Position numbers and translations under genes: made by a program. The notes below the pieces were generated by a model that saw only the letters and a program-made list of their open reading frames with translations, was not told the DNA's origin and did no database searches. Shown one piece after another: positions 27,362 through 37,002 of a stretch of 57,712 nucleotides of DNA (positions are counted from its first letter, which is position 1; every line of letters begins with the position of its first letter). The DNA comes from a virus (lineage: Duplodnaviria; Caudoviricetes): positions 1-57,712 of the IMG/VR virus record IMGVR_UViG_3300024309_000001; one strand, written 5' to 3'.

Positions 27362-29584
27362 CTATGTGGCTGGCGCGCCCTGCGGCGCGGCCGGCCTGGC
27401 CTGCAGGCGCATCAACGTGCGCTCGGTCTCGGCGTTCTCGTGCATGGCGGTCTGCTGCAGGCGCGCGCGGTTGTCGGCGTCACGGCTGGCCAGCTGCTGC
27501 TGCAGGCGTTGGACCTGCTCGAGCAGATGCTGGACTTCCTGCTTAGCGGTATCAGCCTGCGGGTCGGCTGCGGGCGCGCCGGCCTCGGCCTGAATCTGGG
27601 AAGTTTCGGCACGAGTCTTCTCGGTCTTGGCCACGCGCTCGTCGATCTTGGACTTCGCGTCGGCCATCTGCAGCTCGTTCGCAACGGCCTGGGTTTGTTT
27701 GGCCTGCTGCTCGGCCTGCTGCGCCTCGGGGCTATTCGGGTCGGCCTGGATGCCCAGTTGCTTGCGCAGAAACTCAGCCATCTCCTTGCGCTTGCTGAAG
27801 TCCGACATCTCCAGCGCGAAGGGCACCAGCAGCGCCTGGTACTGCGGCGGCATGGATTTCAGGATCTCGGCGAACTGGCCGAACTGCTGCTGGCGATAGG
27901 ATGGCGTGCTGGGGACGTCGGCCAGGGCCACCTTGACGGGCGCCACCTGGACGTCGTTCTCGCGGTACTCCTGGCCGGTGGCATCGCTACGCGCCGGGAT
28001 GTTCACCATCACCCGCCGCTTCACCGTGCCGTTATCGATCATGATCTCCTGCTGGCCAGTCAGGTCTTCTTTGACAAGCTCCAGCAGGGCCTGGCCGACC
28101 AGGCGGCGCGATTCGCGGTAGTTGTCGTTGATCTCGGCTAGGGTTGTGACGCCCTGCTCTACCAGGGACTGGATCGCCGTGCCGCTGGATGCGTTGCTGT
28201 TCTGACCCATCAACGCCGAATACACGCCCGCCGCTTCCTGGATCGCCTGCTTGCGCTCCTGCATGACGCTGAACTGCTGCGCCGACAGCGCCATGTTGTC
28301 ATCGACCCGGATGGCGTTGGCGCCGCCCGTGCGGCTGGGGTTGGTGACGATGAACGCGTCGGCCCGCGCGACTTCGCGGCTCACGTCCGAAAGCGTGTTG
28401 TACTGCGCGTCCACGGCGTCTCGGTCGATGAAAACCCGCCGTGAATTGAGCAACCACATCATCTTGGCCGTGCGGGCGTTGACCTCGTCCTGCGGGCTCA
28501 GCATCGTGCGGATCAGGCCGTACGGCACGCCGGTCAGGTCCTCGCGGTAGCCAAAGAACGGGATATACGGGAACCGGCGCTTGTTCGTCGCGCGGTCCAG
28601 CAGCCGGATCGGGCCGCAGTAGAACGCCACGCGCAGCTTGTCGTAGACCGCCACGCGCGGCTGCACAGCGCCGGAGGCCACGACGGCCCGATGGTACGGG
28701 TTGCTCTCGCAGAACTCGAGCACGCGGCCGCCGGGCAAACTCATGACCAGGCCGCGCACCCACACTCGGTACCAGACCTCGAAGCACGTCACCTGCTGGC
28801 GTGTGGTGTCGCGCCATTCCAAATCGTCCCAGGATGTCCGGATGCCCTGCTCGATGGAGTGCCGCAGATCGGCGCTCATCCGGTTATCGAGCGTCAGATA
28901 GTCCGACCAGTCCGTCCAGTTGCCGGCCGCCCGGATCGCATCGGCATGCTGCGGGAACCAGGCGGCTAGGTGATCGGCGTCATAGCGCTTACGGCGCACC
29001 ACATAGCGGGCGTCCGACCAGTCCGGCTTGCGGCTGCGCCAGTCCCAGAACATCTCGGATCGGTGGATCGCTTCCACACGGTACGGATATTCGAAGGGGT
29101 TGTTGTTGCGCGAAACCTCGACCGCAGCAAAACCGCTCTTGATCGTGCCCGCGTAGGCGTCGGAGTTGGCCCTATCCGCGTGGCTCTCGCGTTCGGCCTC
29201 GTGGAGCTTTGCGCCCAGGGCGTCGGCGACGTCGCCCCACCGGTCATCGTCAGCCGATACCGTCCAGTCGGTCCTTGTCTTGGCTTCCATGCCCAGCACG
29301 GCATTGACCGTGGGCGCGATCAGGTTGGTGATCAGCGGGCCCAGGCCCTTGTCGCTCAGGCGCTGCAGCGTGTCGGGGTCGAGTTGGTTGCCGTCGTAGT
29401 AGTCGGCGCACTTGTCCGCCTCGCGGCGCCAGGCCGGCTGGTCACGGATCTCCGACAGCCAGCGCTCCAACTGTGTGACGGTCAGCATGCCGGGCTCGGG
29501 GTGCGCCTTGTCGTGGGCATGCGAGACCGTATCGGCGCGCTCGTCTCCGAGCAGGTCGAATCCAGTCACTGCAGTAGTCATCAT
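27362..29584 (-). CDS. Portal protein (P22/933W-like)
   Basis: DYYDGNQL..NLIAPTVNAVLG..FPYIPF..PYGLIR..QDEVN..SGTAI, plus helical barrel. Confidence 0.9.
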   Translation of the reverse strand: MMTTAVTGFDLLGDERADTVSHAHDKAHPEPGMLTVTQLERWLSEIRDQPAWRREADKCADYYDGNQLDPDTLQRLSDKGLGPLITNLIAPTVNAVLGMEAKTRTDWTVSADDDRWGDVADALGAKLHEAERESHADRANSDAYAGTIKSGFAAVEVSRNNNPFEYPYRVEAIHRSEMFWDWRSRKPDWSDARYVVRRKRYDADHLAAWFPQHADAIRAAGNWTDWSDYLTLDNRMSADLRHSIEQGIRTSWDDLEWRDTTRQQVTCFEVWYRVWVRGLVMSLPGGRVLEFCESNPYHRAVVASGAVQPRVAVYDKLRVAFYCGPIRLLDRATNKRRFPYIPFFGYREDLTGVPYGLIRTMLSPQDEVNARTAKMMWLLNSRRVFIDRDAVDAQYNTLSDVSREVARADAFIVTNPSRTGGANAIRVDDNMALSAQQFSVMQERKQAIQEAAGVYSALMGQNSNASSGTAIQSLVEQGVTTLAEINDNYRESRRLVGQALLELVKEDLTGQQEIMIDNGTVKRRVMVNIPARSDATGQEYRENDVQVAPVKVALADVPSTPSYRQQQFGQFAEILKSMPPQYQALLVPFALEMSDFSKRKEMAEFLRKQLGIQADPNSPEAQQAEQQAKQTQAVANELQMADAKSKIDERVAKTEKTRAETSQIQAEAGAPAADPQADTAKQEVQHLLEQVQRLQQQLASRDADNRARLQQTAMHENAETERTLMRLQARPAAPQGAPAT

Positions 29585-32082
29585 CCGCGCCAATTTTCCC
29601 GATAGGGTTTGAACTCGCCGACCGTCGGCACCTGTGCGAACCGCAGGCTCATCACGCCGTACCGCGTCGCATCCATCGCGTCGTCCATCAGTTTCACGAC
29701 GACGCCATCTTTCCGGTGGTAGACCCGGTACTCAGCGAACCAGTCTTCCAGGCCCTCGAATACCTTGAACCGGCCCGTCTGCATCCGGGCCAGGATGATC
29801 TGCAGGCCCGGCTCAACGCCCACGCTGCCGTCCTCGAACTGGGCTCGTTCCGACAGCATGTTCACGCCCTCGCGCCGGTATTCGTCGCGCATGGGCTTGC
29901 CGCTGTCCTTCTGGGTCTGCAGCGCGTCCGAGGGCCAGGCCATCGGGATCCACGCTCCCCGGGCCTTGATTGCGCTGGCGTGCACGGCCGGGACTTGCTT
30001 CGAGCGCTTGTACACGTCGTACACGTACACGACGTCGGTGTCCCGGTTGTGTGCCATCCAGACCGCCGCGGTGGGGTGGTCCCAACCCAGGTCCATACCG
30101 GCAATGCGCGGCCACGAGTCCGGGATGCTAAACCCCGGGATCGTGATGTCCGACTCCTTGACTGGATACACCGCGCCGCTGCCCAGCACCGGCTTGCCGA
30201 AGGCGCGGGCCTCGCGTTCGTGTTCCGGGTAGCTGGCGACGATCGCGTCGGCCTGCTCCCGGGTGTAGTGCCCGGCGTCGTAGACGCCCATGAACACCAC
30301 TGTGGTCCCATCGTGCTTGTCGATGAGGAACCGCATGACCGTCTCGCTCATGCCCATCAGCGGCGTGAACGTCATGTAGACGGGGCCGAGCGTCGTGTTG
30401 GTGCGGGTCAACGCCTCCATGTAGATCTCGTGCGGCGGCTCCTCGTCAAGCCACACGAAGTCCAGGGTCTCGACCTGAAATTTTGACCGGCCCTGCTCGT
30501 AGTTCCGAAAGCCTAGGACCGATTCCCCGGCCTGCACGTCGCCGCCACCGCCGTGACGGATCACGGCCAGCGCGTAGGCGTTCGCAACGCCCGACAGCGG
30601 CGACAGTTCCTTGATCGCGTCACGCGGGATCGCTGCCGTGCCCAGTTCCGAGTCAATGCCGGGTCGGCCGAACAGCAGCCGCTGCACACCGTCGCGCGTC
30701 GACGCCGCCGATACCGATGCCGCCCATCCCGCTGTGGGCCGGTCGAACGTCTTGCCTTCCCACCAGTCCGGATAGCGGCCAGTCAGGTGCATCGCCGTCT
30801 CGAACGAACCCGCCCAGGTGTTATGCGTGACGATGAAATGGTCCGTCACGTAGGTCCGGCTCGGGTGCGCCACCGATATGCACGTGCACTCGCCGTCGCC
30901 GACTGCCTCGATGGTCCGCAGCACGTGGTGCCGGGTATTGCCGGCGGGAACCACGCGATCCTGCTTGCGCCGCATCCTGAACAGCGGGAAACCCGGTGCC
31001 CGCACGTGCACACGCCACGACGGCCGGCCTGTCCGGCGCTCCCCGTTGTGTGTGTATCCGGTCACCCGGCGCACGGCACGCGCCTTCACACCCAAACTGC
31101 GCAGCAGGAACAGCACGTCATCGCACAACCGCTCCGAGGTCGTGCTGTATTCGATGGTGCCATTGCGGTCTGCACTGCCGTCGGTATCGAACAGCCCCTG
31201 CAACACCGCCAGCCGCGTCGCGGCGTCGTTCAGCAGATAGGCGGCCGGGACAAACCGTTCATGCGACTTCAGCCCGGCCAGGCCCATTTCACGAAGAGCA
31301 TCCAGGACGGGGTTGATGCTGCCCGGCATCCCGTCAGGGCGCCGGCCAGGTTCGCCGACGATCCGATGAGTGATGCCCGCGCTGTGCAGATGCGCGCCAG
31401 CCGGCAGGGCTTGCTCGACCATGGCGCGCAGGTCTGCGTCGGGTTTGCTGTACGAGACACCGCCCTCGGCCAGGCAGCCGTCGCCGATCAACACACCAAC
31501 CAGGTAGCCGTCCAACGGCACCCGGGCGGCGTCAAACCGTACGGGATCAACGGCCGGCGTCAGAACCCTGCGGCGCGGCCGCGGATTCCCGCCGTCGATC
31601 GCCAGGATCTCGCTGGTATCACCGACCGACCATGCCCCAAAGCGCGGATTGCCTTGCGCCTGACCATGGCTATGGCGAGTCGGATACCGCGCCGCCGGGT
31701 GCTGATACATCCAAAGATGCTCGCCGCAGCACTCGATGGTCTCGCCGTAGTCGAACGTCAGCCGGTAAAGTGCCTTCACGCCCTGCGGAAAGACACCCGT
31801 CACGGTCGTGATCGAGCCGTCGCCAGCGATGACCTGGTCACCGATGCGCAGCGCCTCGATTGGCACCCAGCCGCTGGGCGTCAGAACCGGCGTGCCGTTG
31901 CGCAGCGCCTTGCCCAGCTGGTTGCCCGCCGAGAACAACCGCTCCCGGAAGGACTTGCCCGCCGCGTGGAATTCGCGCTGCTTCTCGTAGGGCCGGTAAT
32001 ACTTCAGCCGGTTCTGACGTGCCCGGCGCGCACGCTCCATCAGCGCCTGGGCGAGAACCAGGCGGGGATTCTGGACAAGCAT
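29581..32082 (-). CDS. terL: Terminase large subunit, intein-interrupted
   Basis: GNQLGK|T Walker A, VWLDEEP Walker B, TFTP, GMDLGWDHPTA, DDAMDATRY. Confidence 0.93.
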   Translation of the reverse strand: MLVQNPRLVLAQALMERARRARQNRLKYYRPYEKQREFHAAGKSFRERLFSAGNQLGKALRNGTPVLTPSGWVPIEALRIGDQVIAGDGSITTVTGVFPQGVKALYRLTFDYGETIECCGEHLWMYQHPAARYPTRHSHGQAQGNPRFGAWSVGDTSEILAIDGGNPRPRRRVLTPAVDPVRFDAARVPLDGYLVGVLIGDGCLAEGGVSYSKPDADLRAMVEQALPAGAHLHSAGITHRIVGEPGRRPDGMPGSINPVLDALREMGLAGLKSHERFVPAAYLLNDAATRLAVLQGLFDTDGSADRNGTIEYSTTSERLCDDVLFLLRSLGVKARAVRRVTGYTHNGERRTGRPSWRVHVRAPGFPLFRMRRKQDRVVPAGNTRHHVLRTIEAVGDGECTCISVAHPSRTYVTDHFIVTHNTWAGSFETAMHLTGRYPDWWEGKTFDRPTAGWAASVSAASTRDGVQRLLFGRPGIDSELGTAAIPRDAIKELSPLSGVANAYALAVIRHGGGGDVQAGESVLGFRNYEQGRSKFQVETLDFVWLDEEPPHEIYMEALTRTNTTLGPVYMTFTPLMGMSETVMRFLIDKHDGTTVVFMGVYDAGHYTREQADAIVASYPEHEREARAFGKPVLGSGAVYPVKESDITIPGFSIPDSWPRIAGMDLGWDHPTAAVWMAHNRDTDVVYVYDVYKRSKQVPAVHASAIKARGAWIPMAWPSDALQTQKDSGKPMRDEYRREGVNMLSERAQFEDGSVGVEPGLQIILARMQTGRFKVFEGLEDWFAEYRVYHRKDGVVVKLMDDAMDATRYGVMSLRFAQVPTVGEFKPYRENWRG
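30820..31908 (-). mobile_element. 363-aa class-3 intein with LAGLIDADG endonuclease
   Basis: ALRNGTPVLT...IVTHN|T; LVGVLIGDG and LQGLFDTDG motifs; W (HLW), C (CTCISV), T (VTHN). Confidence 0.9.
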
Positions 32083-32091
32083 GACGGCGCG

Positions 32092-32823
32092 TCAGTGTAC
32101 CGTACTGCTGGCGGCGTCCTGTACTTGCTGCAACACCGTCTCGACGGGCACGCCTTCAAGTTCCGCCACCTGCTGGGCGGCCGCAAGCGTCTTCTGGGCC
32201 AACTCGGCATCGCTTGCGCGTTCGAGTTCGCCCATCCGGATTTCCTTGCGGTCGATGAACATGCCCAGGTGCTTGCCAATGTCCACCAGCGCCGCCCGCT
32301 TGTCGGCCCACTTCACCTTCGTGGTGAAGCCGGCCAGGCGTTTGCGGCCATACTGGCGCCGCAGTTCACCGCCATGGGGCTGGGCTTCAGCAACTTCGTC
32401 CGGATCTTCACGCTCGAATTCCTCGCGGACCTCGAACTGCGCCAGAGCCGCCGCCGATCGATCATCCAGTTCCTGGGGGTGCTTCAGCGTGCCATCCTCA
32501 CGGAAGAATGCACGTGGATCGCTGAATGCCAACTTGGCCAGCTCTTCCAACACCATGTCCTGGGTAATCTTCGTGCGCTGCGAGCGCGCCGCCATCCCAG
32601 CGGAAATCGCCGAATGGATGTTGACGCGCGTTAACAGCCTCGACGCAGCAGCGGCCGCTCCTTTCTCGCTGTATCCAGCCCTGATTGCAGCTCTGGCGCC
32701 ATTCAAATCGACCAGATATTCCTCCACAAACCGACGCTCCAAGGCGCTCAGCGGACGCGACACGTTGCGCGCAGGTGCTGACGCCTTCTTGCTGGCGGCT
32801 GGTTGAGGTTTCTTCGTGGCCAT
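32092..32823 (-). CDS. terS: Terminase small subunit
   Basis: RFVEEYLVDLNGARAAIRAGYS..LGMF. Confidence 0.9.
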   Translation of the reverse strand: MATKKPQPAASKKASAPARNVSRPLSALERRFVEEYLVDLNGARAAIRAGYSEKGAAAAASRLLTRVNIHSAISAGMAARSQRTKITQDMVLEELAKLAFSDPRAFFREDGTLKHPQELDDRSAAALAQFEVREEFEREDPDEVAEAQPHGGELRRQYGRKRLAGFTTKVKWADKRAALVDIGKHLGMFIDRKEIRMGELERASDAELAQKTLAAAQQVAELEGVPVETVLQQVQDAASSTVH

Positions 32824-32827
32824 GATC

Positions 32828-33337
32828 CTACGCCTGCACCTCGGCGACCATCGCCTTGTCCAGATCCAGCAGCAGGATCAGACGAGGCTCGCCGGTGCGG
32901 TTGTGGGCGCTATGCCGCAGCGTGTCATCGAACATGAGCACGCGCCCGGTCTCCCACTTGCAGGTCTGACCGTCGATGACGATAGCGCAGTCGCCCTCCG
33001 GGACCGATAGACCCAGGTGCATGCGCAGTACCCGGTCGGTGTAGCCGACATGAGGGGCAATCTCCGCGCCGGGCTCCATCAGAGAGTACCCGCAGTTCAC
33101 GATCATCGGGCAGATGGCCGCCAGCCGGCCCGCGCTGTGGCGGTCCCAGCCGTCGAGCATCTTGCCCTGCCACTTCAGGCCATGCACGCTCCAGCCGCCG
33201 AGGTTGATGGGTTCCGGCCATGCCGAATACCCGCCAGATTTCAGCGGCGCCAGTGCGTCCTGCAGGATCGTCCTGTGCCGAGACATGAGCTCGAGTGCCA
33301 GGGCGGCGCCTGCCGGATAGTCTGAGATGTTGATCAT
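32828..33337 (-). CDS. Aspartyl/asparaginyl beta-hydroxylase-like 2OG-Fe(II) oxygenase
   Basis: PGAEIAPHVG..LRMHLGL..WETGRVLMFDDTLRHSAHNRTGEPRLILLLD. Confidence 0.85.
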   Translation of the reverse strand: MINISDYPAGAALALELMSRHRTILQDALAPLKSGGYSAWPEPINLGGWSVHGLKWQGKMLDGWDRHSAGRLAAICPMIVNCGYSLMEPGAEIAPHVGYTDRVLRMHLGLSVPEGDCAIVIDGQTCKWETGRVLMFDDTLRHSAHNRTGEPRLILLLDLDKAMVAEVQA

Positions 33338-33382
33338 GGGGAGATGGGAGTCGGTTTCAATCCACGCGCACGTGCAGGAAGC

Positions 33383-33457
33383 GAAAAGGCCCCGGCGCGT
33401 CTCCGCAACCGGGGCCCATCAAATGTCCAACAAAAAGCCCCGAACGGTGTCGGGGCT
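33383..33457 (-). terminator. Tandem tR'-like terminators
   Basis: AGCCCCGA..TCGGGGCT-TTTT and GGCCCCGG..CCGGGGCC-TTTT downstream of pR'. Confidence 0.7.
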
Positions 33458-33497
33458 CTGTCTGGACGCAACATCCACCAGTAAGTGAATGAGGCAG

Positions 33498-33526
33498 ATT
33501 TTCCGCAAATCTGGAGGAAAAGTCAA
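33498..33526 (-). promoter_or_regulatory. Late promoter pR'-like
   Basis: TTGACT-17-GAAAAT, followed by terminators, downstream of the Q-like gene. Confidence 0.65.
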
Positions 33527-33918
33527 GTTTCGGCGTCCTTTTTAGCCTCCGCCAGCCAGCCTTCGGCGGTAGCGTCCGATGCTCCGCCGTGCCTGCGATG
33601 CTCACCGTACCAGCCTGTGATCAGCTCGACCACGTTATCCACTGGACCGCCCTTGAGGACATCAACCGAAAGGCCGCTTGCCTCACAGATGCGCTCGATA
33701 GGCGCCCAATCGAAACTCACGGCGCCATCGGCGTTGCGCACCAGATGGAGATCAGCGAAATCCACATCGTCAGGCACCAAAATCCGTGCCAGTTGCTGCG
33801 ACATCTGCGCTTCTACGGCGTGGACTATCCAGTCTGTGAGTCGCATGCCTGCGGACTGGCTGGCACGAACCCAACGAGCCTTTGTCGCCGCGGTTATGTA
33901 TAAATGCACGGATTTCAT
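33523..33918 (-). CDS. RHH-like DNA-binding protein
   Basis: VHLYITAATKARWVRASQSAGMRLTDWIV. Confidence 0.6.
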   Translation of the reverse strand: MKSVHLYITAATKARWVRASQSAGMRLTDWIVHAVEAQMSQQLARILVPDDVDFADLHLVRNADGAVSFDWAPIERICEASGLSVDVLKGGPVDNVVELITGWYGEHRRHGGASDATAEGWLAEAKKDAET

Positions 33919-34090
33919 GATTTTGACATCAAGCCGAATACAACGGCGGACACCATCAGACCGCAGGCAAAGGCGAACAAGCGCACAGCAAGAACACGCC
34001 GCCCCGATGTCCGCGCCCACGATGAGACACCCAGCATAACAATCGAAAACACCAAGAACATCACGGCCGTAGCCCAAAGTGTCGCGTGGT

Positions 34091-34669
34091 TCATATGGCC
34101 TCATCCCTGAGCACCGCCTCGGCAGCATCCAAAGCACGCTGCTCTTCACCCATCGCCCCCTCCTTCACCAGATCGCCGCCCCGAACCTTTGCCCGAGTCC
34201 CGCGCAGCCATTTTACGATCATGCTGTTGTGGCTGCTGGCCGTGTCCCGGTTCACGCCCGCTTTGGCCGCCAACTCCTGCAGGTGGATCTTCTGGCCGAA
34301 ATAGCGCGCCACCAGCCCGTCGCGCAGCACCCGGGCCGTCAGGTGCCCGGTCAGCGCACTGGCCACGGCCGCATCCGAAATCACGCGGATCGACGCCATC
34401 CACTCGTCGCGCATGCGCGGGTGGTTGCAGCACGGGCACGGCTCTTCCCGAGGCGCGAAGCGCGCATACAAGATCGCCTGATGCAGCCCGGACAACCGCT
34501 CCTTGATCGGCTGCAGGATCAGGCCGGCCTGGGCGGCGCCGTCGTTGCCAGCCAAGCCCCGGCCGGTCGGCCGGTATTTGTCCGCCATCCTGGAGGTCAG
34601 CGGCCGATCTACCGTGCCCGCCGAGAAGTTGAAGGCGAACATCAGCGCCTGGTGAGCCGTTTGAAACAT
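34091..34669 (-). CDS. Q-like late antiterminator
   Basis: CPCC plus C-terminal HTH; last regulator before pR'. Confidence 0.6.
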   Translation of the reverse strand: MFQTAHQALMFAFNFSAGTVDRPLTSRMADKYRPTGRGLAGNDGAAQAGLILQPIKERLSGLHQAILYARFAPREEPCPCCNHPRMRDEWMASIRVISDAAVASALTGHLTARVLRDGLVARYFGQKIHLQELAAKAGVNRDTASSHNSMIVKWLRGTRAKVRGGDLVKEGAMGEEQRALDAAEAVLRDEAI

Positions 34670-34698
34670 GGCGTCTTCTCCTATCAGACGATCTTGCA

Positions 34699-34902
34699 TC
34701 ACCACCCCCGCCAGAAGTCTTGGCGGCCTTCGGCGCCGATTTTGCCGGTCATCGAGATCGGCGCGGGCAGACGGTCCAGTTCCGCTTGCCGCAGGTGCGG
34801 CCGCGGTTTCCACTCCGCCGTGTACCTGTCGAACGTCGGCGCCGGCACCAGGTGTGCTTGATGGGCGGCGCGGCCGCCTTTGATCATTGTGTTAGCTGCC
34901 AT
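34699..34902 (-). CDS. Hypothetical protein
   Basis: Coupled small ORF. Confidence 0.45.
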   Translation of the reverse strand: MAANTMIKGGRAAHQAHLVPAPTFDRYTAEWKPRPHLRQAELDRLPAPISMTGKIGAEGRQDFWRGW

Positions 34903-35131
34903 TGGTTCCCTCGATAGCCTGATTAAATTTTTCCTGCTTCGCCGCCAGCCACTGCCGGCGGCGCTGTTCGATGTCCGTGTCGGTGGCGCGGAACTGAGCG
35001 CAGTACCGCGGAAACGTCGCGCTCTCGAAGGTGGACCTGCGCTCGAATGCGCAGTTGCCATAACCCTGACTGTCCAGGCCCTCCGCTTTGCGCAGGTCGA
35101 AATGCCGGCACGCGATGCACTGGACGGTCAT
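34892..35131 (-). CDS. Small Cys-containing protein
   Basis: CIAC..GNC..C; ATGA coupling. Confidence 0.6.
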   Translation of the reverse strand: MTVQCIACRHFDLRKAEGLDSQGYGNCAFERRSTFESATFPRYCAQFRATDTDIEQRRRQWLAAKQEKFNQAIEGTNGS

Positions 35132-35373
35132 GTCGCTTCTCGGTGGGCATCGGCAAAATCAGCCAGGCCGTCATAACGGCGGTGAGCCGTGACGGTGCCG
35201 CGCTCGTCAATTCGCAGCACCAGGAAAACCCCATCACGCAGCACGCTGACCTTGATGCGGCGCCCGTCGTCTTGCATGAAGGTGATCCGCGTAACGCGGC
35301 CCCCGGCCACTGCGGCTGCGCTGAAAGCCGCGCCCACGGCCTGCGCTTGCACATAGGTGAGGATCTGGTTCAT
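35128..35373 (-). CDS. Hypothetical protein
   Basis: GAGG RBS, ATGA coupling. Confidence 0.55.
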   Translation of the reverse strand: MNQILTYVQAQAVGAAFSAAAVAGGRVTRITFMQDDGRRIKVSVLRDGVFLVLRIDERGTVTAHRRYDGLADFADAHREAT

Positions 35374-36065
35374 GCAACCTCCTCGGCATCGATGCCCGCT
35401 GCCCGGCGCGCCATGTCGACTACAGCCTGAGGGCGGCGCCGCCCGCCCGGGCGGGATTGATCCTTGAGGATCTGCCTGGCCCATTCGCGCTGGTTGCCCT
35501 GGGGACCCCTGGTCATGCGATCGGCCAACAGCTGCGCCTGCTGCACGCCCTCCTGCTTCGTCGTGATCGTGCTGCCGGGCGCAGGCAGGGGCTCGGCGGG
35601 CGCCGGGATCGGCTCCCAGGATGGGCGCGCCAACTGGGCGCGGTACGCGACTTCCCAGCGACCGCGCATCGCCTGCCAGCCCTGCGACAGCAGATCACCA
35701 CCGATGCCGGCGGCCGCCCAATAGACGGCCGGGTGCGGCCAGGCGCCCATGTTCCCCTTGCGGCGCGCGGCCAGGCCGGCCACGGCCGCCTGGTAGGCGA
35801 TCTCCGGATCCAGCCACGGCCGGCACAGCCGCAGGAATTCCGGCAGCGTTGGCGGCCATTCCCGCGTCAAGCAGGCCACCAGGGCTTGGCGTACCTCCGG
35901 CTCGGTCAAGCCAGCCAGCTTCTGGTCCCAGGCATCGCGCAACTGCCGCGGCGACACCCCCTCCCACTGCTGGGCGAATTTCGAGCCGTACATCAGCCGC
36001 ATTTCCGCCACCACCATGGCGCCCAGCGACGAGGCCGGCGCCGGCCTATCAACTGCCTGAGACAT
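35370..36065 (-). CDS. Replication protein P-like (helicase loader)
   Basis: YGSKFAQQW..WPPTLPEFLRLCRP..WPHPAVYWA. Confidence 0.7.
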   Translation of the reverse strand: MSQAVDRPAPASSLGAMVVAEMRLMYGSKFAQQWEGVSPRQLRDAWDQKLAGLTEPEVRQALVACLTREWPPTLPEFLRLCRPWLDPEIAYQAAVAGLAARRKGNMGAWPHPAVYWAAAGIGGDLLSQGWQAMRGRWEVAYRAQLARPSWEPIPAPAEPLPAPGSTITTKQEGVQQAQLLADRMTRGPQGNQREWARQILKDQSRPGGRRRPQAVVDMARRAAGIDAEEVA

Positions 36066-37002
36066 CGATCACCCCCATGTCCTTTTCGGCCCGGCCGCCT
36101 GCAGGCTCAGCCAGCACCTCGTTCAACTCCGCGTTCCATGCGGCACGATCGTCGGCACGCGACCCTTTCCGACGCACAGGCCCGGCCCGCGCGGCGATCC
36201 GCTCGTTCAAGGCCTTCGACAGCCACGCGGCCGGCTCTATCGCGCCCTGGCGGATGCACTCCGACGCAAGTTCCCAGGCGCCGGCCGCCCCGAGTTGCTT
36301 CACCGCGCCGCCCAGCAGAGACCGGGCGCTGCGGTCCGGCACACCTCTGGCGACAAGCCAGGGCACGGCAACTTGAAAAATCGCCTCCTGCGGCTCCAGC
36401 CCAGGCGGCGGGGCGGCTTTCGGCGGGTCATCAGCAGGACCAGCTGACGGCACGTCAGTGCCCGTACCTACGCCAGTAGGTACGGAATTAATACTGGTTC
36501 CGGTTCTGGTGTCGTCTCTCCCGCCGGAGTCCCCTGGCAGTCCCGCGCCTGTCCCATGGGACATATCAGGACTTCCGTGGGACTGATCTGGATATCCTTG
36601 GGACGGCTTTGCCTTTCCAGAGGCATTCCGCGCCCGGTATCCGGCCTTCCGGACGCGCTCCTTTTCCTTCTTCGCCAGCATGTCCTGAACGCGCTCGGTC
36701 AAGACGCGGTGGTACAGCCGGCCGTCGTCGGCACGCCACCACCCGCGCAGCAGCCGGTGCTTGCTGGCCTGAAACATCTCCAACGGCATGCCAATGCGAA
36801 CGGCGATCAACTCGTCGTCATCTGGCAGGCTGCCGCACGGAACCTGCTTCCAGGCCGTCATCCACAACATCAGCAACCAAGGCCGAATCTCCGGTGCCGC
36901 CAGCGCCCACGTGTCTGACCGCTCGACTTGCTCATAATCGAGTTCGAAGCGCCAGCCCTTGGCGTCGGTGTCCGGTGGATACGGAGCGGCCTGGTCAGCC
37001 AT
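36049..37002 (-). CDS. Replication initiator (O-like)
   Basis: LWMTAWKQVPCGSLPDDD..DGRLYHRVL; internal iterons. Confidence 0.75.
   Translation of the reverse strand: MADQAAPYPPDTDAKGWRFELDYEQVERSDTWALAAPEIRPWLLMLWMTAWKQVPCGSLPDDDELIAVRIGMPLEMFQASKHRLLRGWWRADDGRLYHRVLTERVQDMLAKKEKERVRKAGYRARNASGKAKPSQGYPDQSHGSPDMSHGTGAGLPGDSGGRDDTRTGTSINSVPTGVGTGTDVPSAGPADDPPKAAPPPGLEPQEAIFQVAVPWLVARGVPDRSARSLLGGAVKQLGAAGAWELASECIRQGAIEPAAWLSKALNERIAARAGPVRRKGSRADDRAAWNAELNEVLAEPAGGRAEKDMGVIDVSGS
36481..36604. repeat. Replication origin iterons
   Basis: Minus-strand GTCCCA(A/C/T)GG starting at 36604, 36583, 36562 (21-bp period), further GTCCC half-sites and an AT patch GGAATTAATAC. Confidence 0.65.
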
